The position numbers and the translations under genes are program-made. DNA of 64,000 bases from NCBI GenBank assembly GCA_048882325.1, contig JBHLRS010000002.1, positions 1 through 64,000 on the forward strand. Reading direction: 5' to 3'. The stretch comes from Candidatus Thorarchaeota archaeon. GTDB lineage: Archaea > Asgardarchaeota > Thorarchaeia > Thorarchaeales > Thorarchaeaceae. A model generated the notes under the pieces. It did no database searches. It was given only the letters and a program-made list of their open reading frames with translations, and was not told the origin of the DNA. This document shows, piece by piece, positions 19,553-29,621 of the stretch. Positions within the stretch are counted from its first letter, which is position 1. Every line of letters begins with the position of its first letter.

Positions 19553-21736
19553 ATGCTGAAGGAGTTCACCTATGATGTACCAATGATTGAGCGCGGATAC
19601 GCCAACCAGACGCTCTACGTGAATCTAAGCAACAACGAGATCAAAATCAAGCCCGTGGATGACAAAATGAAAGAGACCTTCACTGGCGGCAAAGGATTTG
19701 ATCTCTGGCTTATGTGGAATGGACTTCCAAAAGACCGTGTTGTCAAATGGGATGACCCCGAGAACGAGATATGCATTGCGACTGGCCCTCTAGGTGGAGT
19801 CACTCAGTATCCAGGCGCAGGTAAATCAATTGTCACTGCAATCTCACCCATGACAGGTATACCCATTGACAGCAACGTTGGGGGATATGCGGGACCAAAT
19901 CTGAAGTTTGCTGGTTTCGATGCGATGGAGATTCAGGGCAAGGCTGAGAAGGACATCTATATCCTTATCGATGGCGATCATGGGAAGATTGAGATTCATG
20001 AAGCGGCTGACCTTCCTAATACAGCATATGAGATCACTCGTGTGCTTTCTGAGCGTCACACTGAGAAAGAGGGAAAGGACATGGCCGTTGTGACATCCGG
20101 ACCAGCAGCTGAGCATGCATGGATGGGCTGTCTCAACTTCTCATGGTGGGATATGAGGAGAAATGTCCCACGGTACAAACAGGCTGGTCGGGGTGGTATT
20201 GGAACTGTCTTCAGGAATAAGAAGATCAAGGCCATCGTCATGAAGAAAGAGAAAATCACTCTCGAGATGAATGGACCCGCTGACATCGAGGCAGTCAAGT
20301 CCGTTGGTCGTAATCACTCGGGAGAGATTCTACAACTCGACCCGAAGCAGAATAGAATGAGAGTCGTTGGAACTGGTCACCTTCCATCAATCATGAACGA
20401 GTTCGACTTACTTCCAACTCGTAACTTCAGGACAGGGAGTGACCCCGAGGCAAAGAACCTCTTTGGTGAGGTTTGGGAGGAGATATACACAAACTCTGGC
20501 AAAGGATGGGATGGTTGCTGGAGACCCTGTGCCATAAACTGCTCACACTGTATCGAAAGCTTTGTACCAAAAACCGGACCCTTCAAGGGCAAGAACGTCG
20601 TGGTCGATGGACCTGAGTATGAAACCATAGCTGGTTGCGGATCAAACCTTGGTGTCTTTGAACCACACTGGGTTGCTGAAATGAACTTCTATGCAGATGC
20701 TTATGGTATTGATACTATTAGCTTTGGTACGACAATGGGTTTTGTGATGGAACTCTTTGAGGAAGGCCACATTGATGAGAAAGCCACAGGAGGTCACAAG
20801 CTCAAGTGGGGAGCAGCTGAGGAGGCACTAGCAATCCTACATGAGATGGCTGAAGGCAAGGGCTTTGGTGGAGAGCATTTTGGAAAAGGAGTTCATTACC
20901 TCAAAAGCTATTTCGGTGACAACTTTGGCGTAGACAAACAAGTCATGCAGGACATCGGAATGGAGCATAAAAATTTGGAATACTCTGAATATGTGACCAA
21001 AGAGAGTCTTGCTCAACAAGGAGGGTATGGTCTCACACTGAAGGGACCACAGCACGACGAGGCATGGTTGATTTTCATGGACCAGGTTCATAATTACTTA
21101 CCAACCTTTGAGGACAAAGCAGAAGCGCTTCATTACTTCCCTATGTGGAGAACCTGGTTCGGTCTCAATGGCCTCTGTAAACTGCCGTGGAACGATGTAG
21201 TTCCAGCTGATAACGCTGACACCGATGAACCAGCAAAGGTACCAGGTCACGTGGAGTTCTATGCTAGGTTCTTCGAAGCCATGACAGGGAGACCAACGAA
21301 AGGTGACGATCTTATCTGGATGTCGGAGAAGGTTTACAACTTCCAACGTATCTTCAATCTCAGACAGGGGAAAGGTCTCAGAATACATGACTCGTTCATC
21401 CCGTACAGGAGTGCAGGGCCGGTCACAGATTGGGAGTACGAGTCACGAGCCGACAGATATGATGAACAGCTTAGGGAGATTGGTGTGGATATTTCAGGAA
21501 TGAGCACCTCTGAGAAAAACAAGAAGCTACGTGAGTATCGAGAGGAACGATATCGACTTCTGACCGACGCGGCTTACAAGAGACGTGGTTGGACTCGAAA
21601 TGGAGTGCCCACACTGGAGAAGATCAAGAAACTTGGACTTGATTGGATTCCTGAAGTGGTAGAAATCGTGAAGAAAAACGAGAGTTCTGAACCTCCTAAG
21701 GAAACCTTACCTGCTTCTGATGATGCTTGGAAGTAG
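19553..21736 (+). CDS. aldehyde:ferredoxin oxidoreductase (tungsten-pterin, WOR family)
   Basis: GGKG, DSNVGG, QAGRGGIG, DGPEYETI, GIDTIS, RGWTRNGVPT. Confidence 0.92.
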   Translation: MLKEFTYDVPMIERGYANQTLYVNLSNNEIKIKPVDDKMKETFTGGKGFDLWLMWNGLPKDRVVKWDDPENEICIATGPLGGVTQYPGAGKSIVTAISPMTGIPIDSNVGGYAGPNLKFAGFDAMEIQGKAEKDIYILIDGDHGKIEIHEAADLPNTAYEITRVLSERHTEKEGKDMAVVTSGPAAEHAWMGCLNFSWWDMRRNVPRYKQAGRGGIGTVFRNKKIKAIVMKKEKITLEMNGPADIEAVKSVGRNHSGEILQLDPKQNRMRVVGTGHLPSIMNEFDLLPTRNFRTGSDPEAKNLFGEVWEEIYTNSGKGWDGCWRPCAINCSHCIESFVPKTGPFKGKNVVVDGPEYETIAGCGSNLGVFEPHWVAEMNFYADAYGIDTISFGTTMGFVMELFEEGHIDEKATGGHKLKWGAAEEALAILHEMAEGKGFGGEHFGKGVHYLKSYFGDNFGVDKQVMQDIGMEHKNLEYSEYVTKESLAQQGGYGLTLKGPQHDEAWLIFMDQVHNYLPTFEDKAEALHYFPMWRTWFGLNGLCKLPWNDVVPADNADTDEPAKVPGHVEFYARFFEAMTGRPTKGDDLIWMSEKVYNFQRIFNLRQGKGLRIHDSFIPYRSAGPVTDWEYESRADRYDEQLREIGVDISGMSTSEKNKKLREYREERYRLLTDAAYKRRGWTRNGVPTLEKIKKLGLDWIPEVVEIVKKNESSEPPKETLPASDDAWK

Positions 21737-21783
21737 AGGACATTGGAAAACCCAGGAGATTTTCTTCTTATCTATTGTTCAAA

Positions 21784-22590
21784 CTACTTCTTTTTAAAAC
21801 CGTCAGCCCAACCTGGATGACAGGTAGGACAAAGATTGGGAGTCAGAATTTCCTTTCCCTTCACAATGTTCCCTCGATTTATTGTGATCCAATCTACATT
21901 ACATTTAGGACATAGAGCCAGTGACACCTGTGTTTCTACTCCACACTCAGAACAGCGTACAGCGTGAGGTATTGTAACATTAGACCCAAACATATCCTTG
22001 AAAATCAATGAATCTGAAATGCCTCTAAATTGCATAGCCGCACTTATTCTCTCAGGTAGTGGTTTTGTTTCTGGACTGAAACACTTGGGACAATACCAGA
22101 TGAATTCTTTCTTGGTTCTACTCCAGTCTAAAGCAGGACTCACTCGCTTTTCTCGTATCTTTCCGGATGTATATACAGAAGAATAAGTTGCAGGTTTGGT
22201 TGTAGGATAGAACTTAGACAGTAGATATCTTGCAGAAACATACCCTGCGATGTTGAAGAAGACTCCAAAACCAAATCCTATGCTAATATATAATATCCCA
22301 TCACCTCGTGGATCATTAAGAACAGATAAGAGGTCCTGTTCGAAGAAGTACATGTACATCACAATGATTCCAAAAAATGCAACACCACAGAGGATAATTT
22401 CGAGCCATGACAAATTTCCCGATTTGCCATGTCTTGGATATGCCCATCCAGGTCGCAATACTTTCGATACCAATACTGTGATCAAGAAAGTGATGATAAA
22501 ATCAAACAGAAGGATGTATGGCAACACCAGACCGTTCATGGCAACAATCTCGTTATCAAAATGACCTGATTTCATATAAAAATCATTCAA
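21784..22590 (-). CDS. 3-TM membrane protein with C-terminal Zn-ribbon cluster
   Basis: Three hydrophobic helices, then CPKC, CSEC, CPKC, CPTC. Confidence 0.7.
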   Translation of the reverse strand: MNDFYMKSGHFDNEIVAMNGLVLPYILLFDFIITFLITVLVSKVLRPGWAYPRHGKSGNLSWLEIILCGVAFFGIIVMYMYFFEQDLLSVLNDPRGDGILYISIGFGFGVFFNIAGYVSARYLLSKFYPTTKPATYSSVYTSGKIREKRVSPALDWSRTKKEFIWYCPKCFSPETKPLPERISAAMQFRGISDSLIFKDMFGSNVTIPHAVRCSECGVETQVSLALCPKCNVDWITINRGNIVKGKEILTPNLCPTCHPGWADGFKKK

Positions 22591-22888
22591 ATTGCTAACA
22601 AAACAGTTAGAATGTCAAGACTCGGTCTAAAATTATCAGTTAAGTATATACTCAGTTCATCGTCGCTGGATTGTGGTACTACAACTCATCGAAACACTTC
22701 CAAACATCTATTGAAGCATGAAAATGAAGGAGAGGGTTTGCACCTCTCTCCTAATCCCAACCAATCTAGAAGATAATGGTGCAACCCCACCCTTGAGTGT
22801 TCTAGCCGCTCGGGGGTACCACTTTTCCAGATAGTCATTTCTTGACTGAAACAAAGGATTCAATACGGTAGTTTCCTATTGTTCTCAG

Positions 22889-23278
22889 TTGATAGAAATG
22901 ACAGCAGTTGGTTATTTTGACGGAACAGATTCCCTACTACTCACTAAACTTGCAGCAAATGGAATCTGCACAGTTCCTCTAGGAAATGAGTGGGATGGTC
23001 ATGGAAAAATTGCCACGCAAATCGAACCTGGTGAAGTTGACCTCATCATTGCCTACCTTCATAAACTACTTCCTCCCAAGGATGTTGAGTCTGGACCGAT
23101 TCCTACACCTGTTAATCTACTATTTAGAGCAAAGACCTACAACATCCCAGTGTATGTCGTGGTACCTAAGGAGTTCCAGACGGAAGCTAAAAAACTCTTG
23201 GGAGAAGCTTCAGAATATGTCACAATGGTGACCTCAGACGATCTTGAGGGAGAAGTAAGAAAAAAGCTAAGATTCTAG
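22889..23278 (+). CDS. hypothetical protein (alpha/beta)
   Basis: 129-aa ORF with globular composition; no function recognised. Confidence 0.75.
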   Translation: MIEMTAVGYFDGTDSLLLTKLAANGICTVPLGNEWDGHGKIATQIEPGEVDLIIAYLHKLLPPKDVESGPIPTPVNLLFRAKTYNIPVYVVVPKEFQTEAKKLLGEASEYVTMVTSDDLEGEVRKKLRF

Positions 23279-23315
23279 CCTCCTAAGAGGACACATCTTA
23301 AAAAATGTGATGCAC

Positions 23316-23745
23316 TCACCCGCTAATATAGCTCGTCATCAACAGTCTATAGATGATTGCCAGTTCAACAACAATACCAATCAGAAGTAAATCTGAAAGA
23401 GAGATGTTCAAAGAATCTTGGGGAATAGTAGGTGTTCCCGGAGTGGACACTGGTGCTCCACTGAAACTGAAGTTGTGAGAACGGTCTCAATGGAAAAGGC
23501 ATCCTATGGATTCTCTGAATCTCGATGAAAGAATCAGAATCGTCATGGTGCTAGTTTCGTTTCCCAGCGTCATTCCTCATACGTGTGTCAGTATTGAATT
23601 TGAAAGATAAAAAATCCCTGGAATCTCTAAATTCTTCAACTTTCGCTTCTATAAATTCAACCCGCTTCTGATAAGCGTTTCAAACCTCATCAAAGGTTTC
23701 TGGTAGTTGATTATTGGCTCATCCAATGAAAGAACTGCATATCTC
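23316..23745 (-). pseudogene. decayed gene remnants (repeat of the C-terminus of 23746..24891; 3' end of a paralogue of 26601..27380)
   Basis: Manual translation gives EICSSFIG*ANNQLPETFDEV*NAYQKRVE and ISLSDLLLIGIVVELAIIYRLL, with stops and frameshifts. Confidence 0.6.
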
Positions 23746-24891
23746 TCACCATTCATATTTCGTTCCGGATTCTTCTATTCTCTTTTTGTATGCTTGGATG
23801 ATCATATTCAGAGTTTCAGGAGTAAGGCTTAGTGCCCAAGCCTCAAACGCTTGACAAATCTCACGATCTGGAAGTTCAAGCATTTCCTGCAGAGTCATGC
23901 GTTCTTGTGACTCTGGAAGAATTTCAACAGTTGTCTCAATATTCCTTCTAGCTGCAACTGGATTTACGAAAAGTTCAGCCACAATCTCTTCATCAGTCCT
24001 TCTCTGGAGTCGTTCCATTCTTTCAATACCCTCGATGAAAGCTTGAAGATTTTCAGACCACGCTCTGGCGCTTCCAGTCATTTGTTTAGTGAATCTATCC
24101 ATACTCTCTTGATATGATCTCAGGTAAGCCTCTGCTTCGGCTGCGGATACTTTTACTCTGCATTCCACAAGTACTTCTGGAGTAGCATACTCGTCGGTAC
24201 TTGTTGCTTTGACAAGGACTTTAATTCCTCTTTTCATGCAGCTGAAGGTATAGATAGATACGCTTCCAGTGCCAGGTTTTTTGCCAGCTGCTATAGTTAT
24301 TGGAACGATTTTGTGCTCTGTTTCCTCAGGAGGCTCCATATTCCAACCATCCTTTTCCAAATCATCGATAAGATTCCTCATTTTCCTGTCAATAATTACT
24401 TCCTGATCGTTCCACCAAATATGCTGGGTTAATTCCTTTCTCTCTGATTCGATGTTTACGTAGACCTCAATCTCTCCTGTTTTTTCATCACCTGTTACTT
24501 TGCGTTGCATCCATCGATAACTCTTGTCTAGTTGCACAGGAGCTTTATCAAGGGTCATTGAGAAATATCCGCCAATGAAGATTAACAATGATCCAACTAT
24601 CATGAGGATTCCTGCTAATTGAACAATACTATAGTAGACAACAGAAATCAGAATTCCTATCATTAGCCAAACAAAGCCCCAAGCAATTTCATCCATACCC
24701 TCACCAATATAGCAGCAGCAAGAAAGTAGTACAAATATACAGAATCCCACATATCCAATTATCACCCCGAGCCAAGCTACCCCTGATGTGATTTCGGAGT
24801 ATGCACCCAAAGCAATTCCCAGTCCAAGGCCTATAACAAATAGGATTGAACCTAGTTCAAACAACTTTGCCAATTTTGTAGCTCTACTCAA
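23746..24891 (-). CDS. hypothetical protein, 4 N-terminal TM helices + soluble domain
   Basis: 381-aa ORF; LLSCCC after the second TM helix. Confidence 0.8.
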   Translation of the reverse strand: MSRATKLAKLFELGSILFVIGLGLGIALGAYSEITSGVAWLGVIIGYVGFCIFVLLSCCCYIGEGMDEIAWGFVWLMIGILISVVYYSIVQLAGILMIVGSLLIFIGGYFSMTLDKAPVQLDKSYRWMQRKVTGDEKTGEIEVYVNIESERKELTQHIWWNDQEVIIDRKMRNLIDDLEKDGWNMEPPEETEHKIVPITIAAGKKPGTGSVSIYTFSCMKRGIKVLVKATSTDEYATPEVLVECRVKVSAAEAEAYLRSYQESMDRFTKQMTGSARAWSENLQAFIEGIERMERLQRRTDEEIVAELFVNPVAARRNIETTVEILPESQERMTLQEMLELPDREICQAFEAWALSLTPETLNMIIQAYKKRIEESGTKYEW

Positions 24892-25094
24892 GATAATCCC
24901 TCTCCCGGTCAGGACTTATTCGTGGCTGACCCACATCTGCCGTTACCACCTTGTTACATGAATAGAAACCGGATAATAAATTCTTCCTGATTATGATCCT
25001 GCTGTGCTATGTATACAACTGGAAAACTCTATATCTTGTGAATCCAACAGTTCGGTAAGGTAGGTGTATTCTTCGTGCTGGCGTCAGAGGGATT

Positions 25095-26582
25095 GTGATG
25101 GATTCTGCATACAAAAACACAATAGCCGCGATATTCTTTATTTTTGGGATTACTATAATTCCAGTTTTGTCGGATAGAGTAATAGGTCCACGTGAGATGG
25201 GACTAATTGTGGGAGAAATTGTCGTTTCTGTAGTGTCAGGACTTGTTGTACTTAGTGCATACATGACAACTAAATCGAGTGATGATGAAAGTGACGAGGA
25301 GTCACAATCAGATAATATCGCAGATTCAGCCATCTTTTGTTGTTGTCTAACTATCATTCTCATTACAGTGTTGTTCCTTATTGTCACTACACTCACTGGC
25401 ACAATCACTGACATGGGAGGACTAGTTGTCATAGGTGTTGTTGCTGGAATTTTGATACTCGTATTCTATGCTTGCATTGATCTAATTCCAGAGAAACAGA
25501 GTGAAAAGCATGATTCAGAAGAAGGAGAGAATGAGAGAACACCAAAACCTGGTCACGTTCTTGGAGGTCATGAACCAGTTCAATATTATGAACCGGATTA
25601 TTCAGATGTACCTCATGGGTTTCGTAGGTTAGTTGTGAGTAGGTCACAAAAAACAAGGATGGCAAGAGATGATGGATTGCCAAGGAGACCAATACCTGGA
25701 GTGGCTATGGCTATCAGAGAATGGGAGTATGAAACTCCTGATTCCAAAACGAAAACTCAAACAGAGAAGACGCAAGAACAGCAAGTGAAAGTGACTCGCG
25801 GGGGTGAGTTTGTGGGCAACAGGATGAGATTCAAGGTGAAGATTATCAATGATTCGCCCTATGTTATCACAGATGTAACAGTATACTTGCTATCATATCC
25901 TACCGAAGCATTGCGATTCTCTGGTGGTAACGACAAGGTCTTCTTCCCAAAAATAGAGCCAGGTGGTTTCCGTAGCCCAACCTTTGATTTCATGCCGACT
26001 CAAGACTGTGTCAGAGGAGAGATTGTTGCAGGGGTTTCGTTCTTGGACAATGAGGGAGACCCAAAGATGAAGAACACAAGACCCTTTGTCATAAGATCTG
26101 TTTGTGATTTGCTTCTCCCCCAGAAGATTGCACCACAGGATTTCGAGCTAAGACTCAAAGAACTTGAGTGTGGTGAAATCGTAGTGAAGATTGAAGAATG
26201 GACCCCTGAAGAGATGTTTGAAAAGGCTTTGAAGATTGTTGATGAATCGAACTTTTTTGAGGTCAGCAGCAAAAGTGACGAATCAGATGGAGTCACACAT
26301 GCTAAGATAGTAGGTTTTGCACAAGGGAAGTATACAGGTAAAGAAGTTGGGGTCGAGATTCTCATCACAGGACATTCACAGACAAAGGGTGCCTCCTGCA
26401 CCATTCGTGTGTCCGGAGAGGATCAAGCAATGATACTTCCAGCCATTGATGATCTCCGAGAGCGGCTCAGTGCATGGTTGTGTCCCAGGTGTTCGAGTCC
26501 ACTTTCGCTCTCAAATGTCGAGGACCTGCGGGAAGGGAAGGTTGTAGAATGTCCTTTCTGCGAGGTGACCATTGGACGGTAG
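25095..26582 (+). CDS. membrane-anchored adaptin/COP-appendage-like protein with Zn ribbon (paralogue 1, 4 TM)
   Basis: RGGEFVGNRMRFKVKIIN...KIEPGGFRSPTFDF...CTIRVSGEDQAMILPAIDDL...CPRC...CPFC; ORF certain, function inferred. Confidence 0.65.
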   Translation: MMDSAYKNTIAAIFFIFGITIIPVLSDRVIGPREMGLIVGEIVVSVVSGLVVLSAYMTTKSSDDESDEESQSDNIADSAIFCCCLTIILITVLFLIVTTLTGTITDMGGLVVIGVVAGILILVFYACIDLIPEKQSEKHDSEEGENERTPKPGHVLGGHEPVQYYEPDYSDVPHGFRRLVVSRSQKTRMARDDGLPRRPIPGVAMAIREWEYETPDSKTKTQTEKTQEQQVKVTRGGEFVGNRMRFKVKIINDSPYVITDVTVYLLSYPTEALRFSGGNDKVFFPKIEPGGFRSPTFDFMPTQDCVRGEIVAGVSFLDNEGDPKMKNTRPFVIRSVCDLLLPQKIAPQDFELRLKELECGEIVVKIEEWTPEEMFEKALKIVDESNFFEVSSKSDESDGVTHAKIVGFAQGKYTGKEVGVEILITGHSQTKGASCTIRVSGEDQAMILPAIDDLRERLSAWLCPRCSSPLSLSNVEDLREGKVVECPFCEVTIGR

Positions 26583-26600
26583 ATTCTGATTATTGAGTAA

Positions 26601-27380
26601 TCATTTTCCAACTTTCCTCTTCACGAAGAGTGCAACTATAACTGCAGTCTCGACCAAAATACCAACAATGAGTAGTCCACGAAGATCCAAGCCAAATAGA
26701 ATAGGAGCTGAGGATTCTAGTTCATCAATGATGTTAGTTGAAACAAGGGTGTCGGTAAATGATGCAATGTTCATGTAATCATCAGTCCCAGGCCAACGAT
26801 GAAGATACTTCTTGATTAGAACACCAAATTGAACATCATAATGATGACGTGCTGTATAGTCCCAGTTGTTAGAGTCCACGTATTTGCACTCTACAACCCA
26901 ACAGTAAACTGATACATCTCCAACTTGGACCTCTTCCTTTGTTTCCACTGTGAATATTCGAGTGATATAGGTACCATAATTGATGCTGACGTTTTTTCTT
27001 AGTTTCCAATCTGAAACATCCCGCCACAGAGGATACATTGATCCATCAAATGTTTCATTAACTTCGTTTTCATAGTATGTATAGTCCCATGAGGGGTATG
27101 AAACATTCCGGATTGTGTAGTCGAGATTACCACCTTGAGAATATCCATGGCGAAGCTGAAAACTACTGTTGTCTGGTTGGAGCCATTCTAGCACCTCAAA
27201 TGATTCTGTGGCATGAATAGTGGACATCATGAAGTATTCGTCTTCTATATCATACGTAAGAGAGAGTCCAATTGGAAAAGATGGTGTTGGGAGGGTTTGT
27301 GCTGTGACTGGTCTTAAAATGAGAAATATAAGAACCAAGACAGTGGAACTAGTGCCAATGGATACAACACCGTTTCTCAA
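26601..27380 (-). CDS. exported cell-surface protein with C-terminal TM anchor
   Basis: Signal peptide ending VTA-Q, beta-rich body with N-x-S/T sequons, C-terminal TM + KRK. Confidence 0.75.
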   Translation of the reverse strand: MRNGVVSIGTSSTVLVLIFLILRPVTAQTLPTPSFPIGLSLTYDIEDEYFMMSTIHATESFEVLEWLQPDNSSFQLRHGYSQGGNLDYTIRNVSYPSWDYTYYENEVNETFDGSMYPLWRDVSDWKLRKNVSINYGTYITRIFTVETKEEVQVGDVSVYCWVVECKYVDSNNWDYTARHHYDVQFGVLIKKYLHRWPGTDDYMNIASFTDTLVSTNIIDELESSAPILFGLDLRGLLIVGILVETAVIVALFVKRKVGK

Positions 27381-27495
27381 TCACTGACCCCGAATTAACG
27401 ACGTTCTGAAGGTAGATAAAGTCTATCTCAATCCATGTTGGAAAGCATCATTCTTTTCGACATATTATTAGGTTAGATTCCTGTGAGTAAAATCG

Positions 27496-28407
27496 ATGCA
27501 GCTCCTTCCTGAAACCTATATCCTTGGTGTGATCAGTGCTCTTTTGGCCATGTTCTTCTTCGGAGCAACGAATCTCGTCTACAAAAAGATGAGTGATGAT
27601 ATAAGTGTCATGGATATTATGTTCACCCGAATGTGGGTAAGTCTACCAGTTGCCTACATATTCGGCGTCGCAGCATCTGGATCTATTACATTCACATTGC
27701 CAACACAAGCTTATTTTCCTCTAATTCTTTCAATGGTAATTGGAGTTCTCATTGGAGATGGAATGTACTTCTACAGTCAAGAGAGAATAGGCGTCGCTCG
27801 TGCGTTTCCTATAGCAATGAGTTACCCGCTCTTAGTTTACTTTCTTGCCGCATTGTTTTTAGGAGAACCAGTCATCCCCCAGAGGGTAGTTGGTTCATTC
27901 ATCGTTGTGTTTGGTGTTATCATGATTGCGAGGGCAGAGCAAGATGAAACCAAGAACAAGAATCGGTGGGGTGTTGGTGATGTAAGGATTGGTCTTATCT
28001 TTGTGATTCTTGTTCTTGTGTGTTGGGCGATGAGTGATGTCATCTTCCAGTTTGCGCTAATTGGAGTCGCTCCTGCAGAAGCTAATTTCTATAGAACACT
28101 TGCTGCTTCCTTGATACTTGTACCAGTTTTCCTTTCTTCATTAAGAGGGGAGAGGAATTTCCCAAGCAGACGAACCACAATTTTCGCACTAGCTACAGGA
28201 ATTGTTGCACTGGGGTTTAGCCTTATTGCTTATAGTTTCGCAATCAAGTTTGTAGGTGCTACCGTGACTTCTTTGATAGTAGCATCCGCACCTATGATGA
28301 CAGCTCCTCTCTCTGCAATCTACCTCGATGAAGATGTGAATCAAAAAGTATCTGCTGGTACAATTCTAACTTTTGCAGGTGTGCTGATGGTAATTTTCAT
28401 TGTGTAG
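27496..28407 (+). CDS. DMT/EamA-family transporter
   Basis: Two 5-TM repeats: IGVARAFPIAMSYPL...FLGE and VGATVTSLIVASAP...YLDE. Confidence 0.9.
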   Translation: MQLLPETYILGVISALLAMFFFGATNLVYKKMSDDISVMDIMFTRMWVSLPVAYIFGVAASGSITFTLPTQAYFPLILSMVIGVLIGDGMYFYSQERIGVARAFPIAMSYPLLVYFLAALFLGEPVIPQRVVGSFIVVFGVIMIARAEQDETKNKNRWGVGDVRIGLIFVILVLVCWAMSDVIFQFALIGVAPAEANFYRTLAASLILVPVFLSSLRGERNFPSRRTTIFALATGIVALGFSLIAYSFAIKFVGATVTSLIVASAPMMTAPLSAIYLDEDVNQKVSAGTILTFAGVLMVIFIV

Positions 28408-28472
28408 TCAAGTTCATCAAAGATTTTAAAGCCCCCCCTGAGCAAAGCTTCACAGGTAATAAACCACATTGG

Positions 28473-29600
28473 TTGGTGGGAACGGGTTATATGCTAGTGT
28501 TGCTTCAGCTTATTGATAGTTTCCTGAACGGAATATTGATAGTACTGTTTCTATTCTTAGCCTGTATAGCTGTGGGACTTGGGTGCACCGGTGGAAAATC
28601 AGACCCCGCAGAAGTAATACCAGAAAGTGTGAAGAAGGAAATCGGTCTGGCTCCTGAACGACGGCCGACAATAGCTAAGGGGTGGAGAGAGCTCCCACGT
28701 GAGATACCCCCCAGACGAACCGTTAGAACAACCAGACCTATTCCTGGAGTATCTCATGCTGTGAAAAGAATACAGAGACCTCCTGCTTTGTCAGAGAAGA
28801 AGGTCAAAGCTCTCAGAGGCGGAGAGTTCGTTGGAAACAGGATGAGATTCAAAGTCAAGGTGTTGAATGAAACTCAATACATGATTACCGATGTCACAGT
28901 TTATCTATTGTCATACCCAAAGGATGCACTGAGATTAGCTGGTGAGGAGGATGATTGTCAGTTTTCGAAAATTGAACCAGGGGGATTCCGATCGCCAAGC
29001 TTTGATTTCCTCCCCACACAAGATTGCGTTCGTGGAGAGATTGTTGCTGGTGTGTCCTATGTCGACATGACTGGAAAGGCACACACACTTAGTACCGACC
29101 CATTCATCATTAGAGCGGTTTGTGACCTTCTGATACCAGACCAGGTGACACCAGAGGATTTCGCCCTTAAACTCAAGTCACATGAACATGGAGAGATAGT
29201 AATCAAGGTGGATGAATGGACACCCGAGGAGATGTTCGAGAAGGCTCTTCGAATCACCGATGAATCCAACTTCTTCGAAGTCAGTAGCAAGATGGAAGTC
29301 AACGATGGTGTTGCATTTGGTAAAATCTCAGGAATGGCCAGGGGAAAATACACCGGCAAGAGTATCGGTGTTCAGATAAGCATCTCTGGACCGTCCAATG
29401 AGAAAGGAGCTTCATGTACCATTCGGGTTTCTGGAGAAGACCAAGCAATGATTCTCCCAGCAATCGATGACCTTAAGGAGAGACTGAGTGCATGGCTTTG
29501 CCCGATGTGTGGCAGTCCATTGACATTGGACAACGTTGAGAAACTAAAAGATGGTAAGGTGGTCGAATGTCCATTCTGTTCAGTTTCAATTGGACGCTAA
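28473..29600 (+). CDS. membrane-anchored adaptin/COP-appendage-like protein with Zn ribbon (paralogue 2)
   Basis: One N-terminal TM; same conserved module as 25095..26582. Confidence 0.65.
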   Translation: MVGTGYMLVLLQLIDSFLNGILIVLFLFLACIAVGLGCTGGKSDPAEVIPESVKKEIGLAPERRPTIAKGWRELPREIPPRRTVRTTRPIPGVSHAVKRIQRPPALSEKKVKALRGGEFVGNRMRFKVKVLNETQYMITDVTVYLLSYPKDALRLAGEEDDCQFSKIEPGGFRSPSFDFLPTQDCVRGEIVAGVSYVDMTGKAHTLSTDPFIIRAVCDLLIPDQVTPEDFALKLKSHEHGEIVIKVDEWTPEEMFEKALRITDESNFFEVSSKMEVNDGVAFGKISGMARGKYTGKSIGVQISISGPSNEKGASCTIRVSGEDQAMILPAIDDLKERLSAWLCPMCGSPLTLDNVEKLKDGKVVECPFCSVSIGR

Positions 29601-29621
29601 TGAGGAGGTTGATGTGGCTTT

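Noticed and set aside
23551-23748. Selenoprotein interpretation of the three in-frame TGAs
   Set aside because: The TGAs align with Arg, Trp and Ile rather than Cys, there is no redox motif, and I could not identify a SECIS. Decay is more parsimonious, so it is kept only as an alternative.
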